From the NCBI GenBank assembly GCA_947466515.1, contig CANIEM010000019.1, positions 1-24,000 on the forward strand: DNA of 24,000 bases. Reading direction: 5' to 3'. Positions within the stretch are counted from its first letter, which is position 1, and each line of letters starts with the position of its first letter. Of the stretch, positions 22,950-24,000 are shown in pieces. Made by a program: the position numbers and the translations under genes. The notes beneath the pieces are model-generated. The model was not told where the DNA came from. It searched no databases and worked only from the letters and a program-made list of their open reading frames with translations. The DNA comes from Verrucomicrobia subdivision 6 bacterium. Lineage in GTDB: Bacteria > Verrucomicrobiota > Verrucomicrobiia > Methylacidiphilales > Verrucolacustridaceae.

Positions 22950-23585
22950 TTACGAAGGGGTCGGCGTTGCGGTTTGCACGGGGGAGGCTTCAGTTTGCTC
23001 TTGGCCTCCCGTTTCGCTGTCCTCTTCCTCGTAGGCCCCCTCGGCCTTCTCGGTTGTCCAGCGCCGTACCCGCTTCTTAGCGGGGAGAGGATTTAACATC
23101 ATTGTGATGTTCCTGCCAATCAATTTCGGATTGGCATCCGCCACCGCTACCAGCTTCAAATCGTTACGAATATTCACGACCACCGCCTGTCCCAGCTCCA
23201 CGTGCTGCATTTCACGACCGCGGAAGGCCATAACCACCTTCACTTTCATCCCTTTCCACAGAAATCCCTCCGTTTGGCGGAGCTTGGTCTGATAATCGTG
23301 CGGATCGATATTCACGTGAAACTTCATCTCCTTCACCTTCGCGGCCAAGTTGTGCCTCTTCGACTCCCGCTCCCGCTTATCCATCTCGTAACGATATTTT
23401 CCAAAATCCAGGATCTTACAAACGGGCGGATTACTGTTGCCACTGACTTCCACCAGATCCAGACCCGCCTGCCGGGCCGCATTCATCGCATCGTTGAAAT
23501 TAACCACCCCCACTTTTTGACCCGCCGCGTCCACGAGGTAAACCTCGCGCGCCCGGATCCGATGGTTGGCACGTAACTCCTGCAT
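22950..23585 (-). CDS. infC: translation initiation factor IF-3 with acidic/Thr-Pro C-terminal extension
   Basis: 211 aa with ATG at 23585..23583. Recognisable segments are HRIRAREVYLVDAAGQKVGVVNFNDAMNAARQAGLDLVEV..NPPVCKILDFGKYRYE and the C-domain KEMKFHVNIDPHDYQTKL..MAFRGREMQH. The gene order is infC-rpmI-rplT. Confidence 0.9.
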   Translation of the reverse strand: MQELRANHRIRAREVYLVDAAGQKVGVVNFNDAMNAARQAGLDLVEVSGNSNPPVCKILDFGKYRYEMDKRERESKRHNLAAKVKEMKFHVNIDPHDYQTKLRQTEGFLWKGMKVKVVMAFRGREMQHVELGQAVVVNIRNDLKLVAVADANPKLIGRNITMMLNPLPAKKRVRRWTTEKAEGAYEEEDSETGGQEQTEASPVQTATPTPS

Positions 23586-23813
23586 TAGGAAATAAAGACC
23601 GCTCGCATGTGGCGCAGCGACTTCAAAGGAGGAAAAAAGAGGACATCAAGACAGCGTGGGTCAGACAGAAAGCGTCATTGAACTAGGCAAAGGCAAGGTC
23701 ATCAATAAGTGAATCATCCCCACAATGCCCCTAGGTTGGCAAGGGAAATGTGCCCATACCCCCAAGAGTTCCGCTGGCAGAAAACCCGCGCTGCCTTTAA
23801 GGTTTTTCTTCGG

Positions 23814-24000
23814 ATGAAAAACCTACTCCTCTCCACCCAGATTTTTACCTTGGCCTTCGCCCTTCTTTCTTCTGAAGCCCTCCGCGGCCAAGAGGCTGGC
23901 GATGCAACTAAAAAAATTCTCGAAGCCTACGAGGGAGGTCGCTTCGAAGAGACCATCAAACTGGCTAACGCCTTCATCCAAGCCAGCCCCACCTCCCTCA
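23814..24000 (+). CDS. secreted protein, N-terminal fragment (runs off the right edge); possibly TPR-like
   Basis: An ATG at 23814 opens a frame that stays open to the window end: MKNLLLSTQIFTLAFALLSSEALRGQEAGDATKKILEAYEGGRFEETIKLANAFIQASPTSL. The first ~22 residues look like a signal peptide. It is not in the ORF track because no stop lies inside the window. Confidence 0.5.
   Translation, partial: MKNLLLSTQIFTLAFALLSSEALRGQEAGDATKKILEAYEGGRFEETIKLANAFIQASPTSL

Overview
This looks like a chromosomal window from a PVC-superphylum bacterium, most likely Verrucomicrobiota. That guess rests on autotransporter-associated beta-strand (PATR) repeats, an H-X9-DG/DUF1559 pseudopilin-like protein and two PEP-CTERM proteins; no search was run. 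The window has three parts. (1) 1-12097 is a polysaccharide-utilisation-like cluster. Its minus strand carries an MFS sugar-acid-type transporter, a 759-aa FAD oxidoreductase, an 809-aa PATR surface protein, a secreted unknown, a pseudopilin-like protein and an edge-truncated glycoside hydrolase. A divergent XylR/AraC hybrid regulator is translationally coupled to a secreted beta-helix enzyme. (2) 12098-20445 is an accessory-looking stretch. It holds two PEP-CTERM proteins, a cytochrome b562 homolog, a GluR0-architecture ligand-gated channel with an animal-type pore, a GNAT, an orphan protein, tRNA-Arg(ACG)/tRNA-Gly(UCC)/tRNA-Tyr(GUA), and a small channel-like membrane protein followed by a dCMP-deaminase-family gene. 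It also contains two unusually long non-coding gaps between convergent genes. These gaps hold a truncated tRNA-Arg(CCU), a six-unit helically phased direct-repeat array, ATTAAAT-rich palindromes and a modular GC-rich hairpin repeat family. (3) 20446-24000 carries a MntA/HepT toxin-antitoxin pair bracketed by direct copies of that repeat. It sits just downstream of a conserved infC-rpmI-rplT-pheS operon, and a partial secreted protein lies at the right edge. No CRISPR array, transposase, integrase or rRNA was seen. All family assignments come from motif recognition by eye, and all alignments were done by hand.
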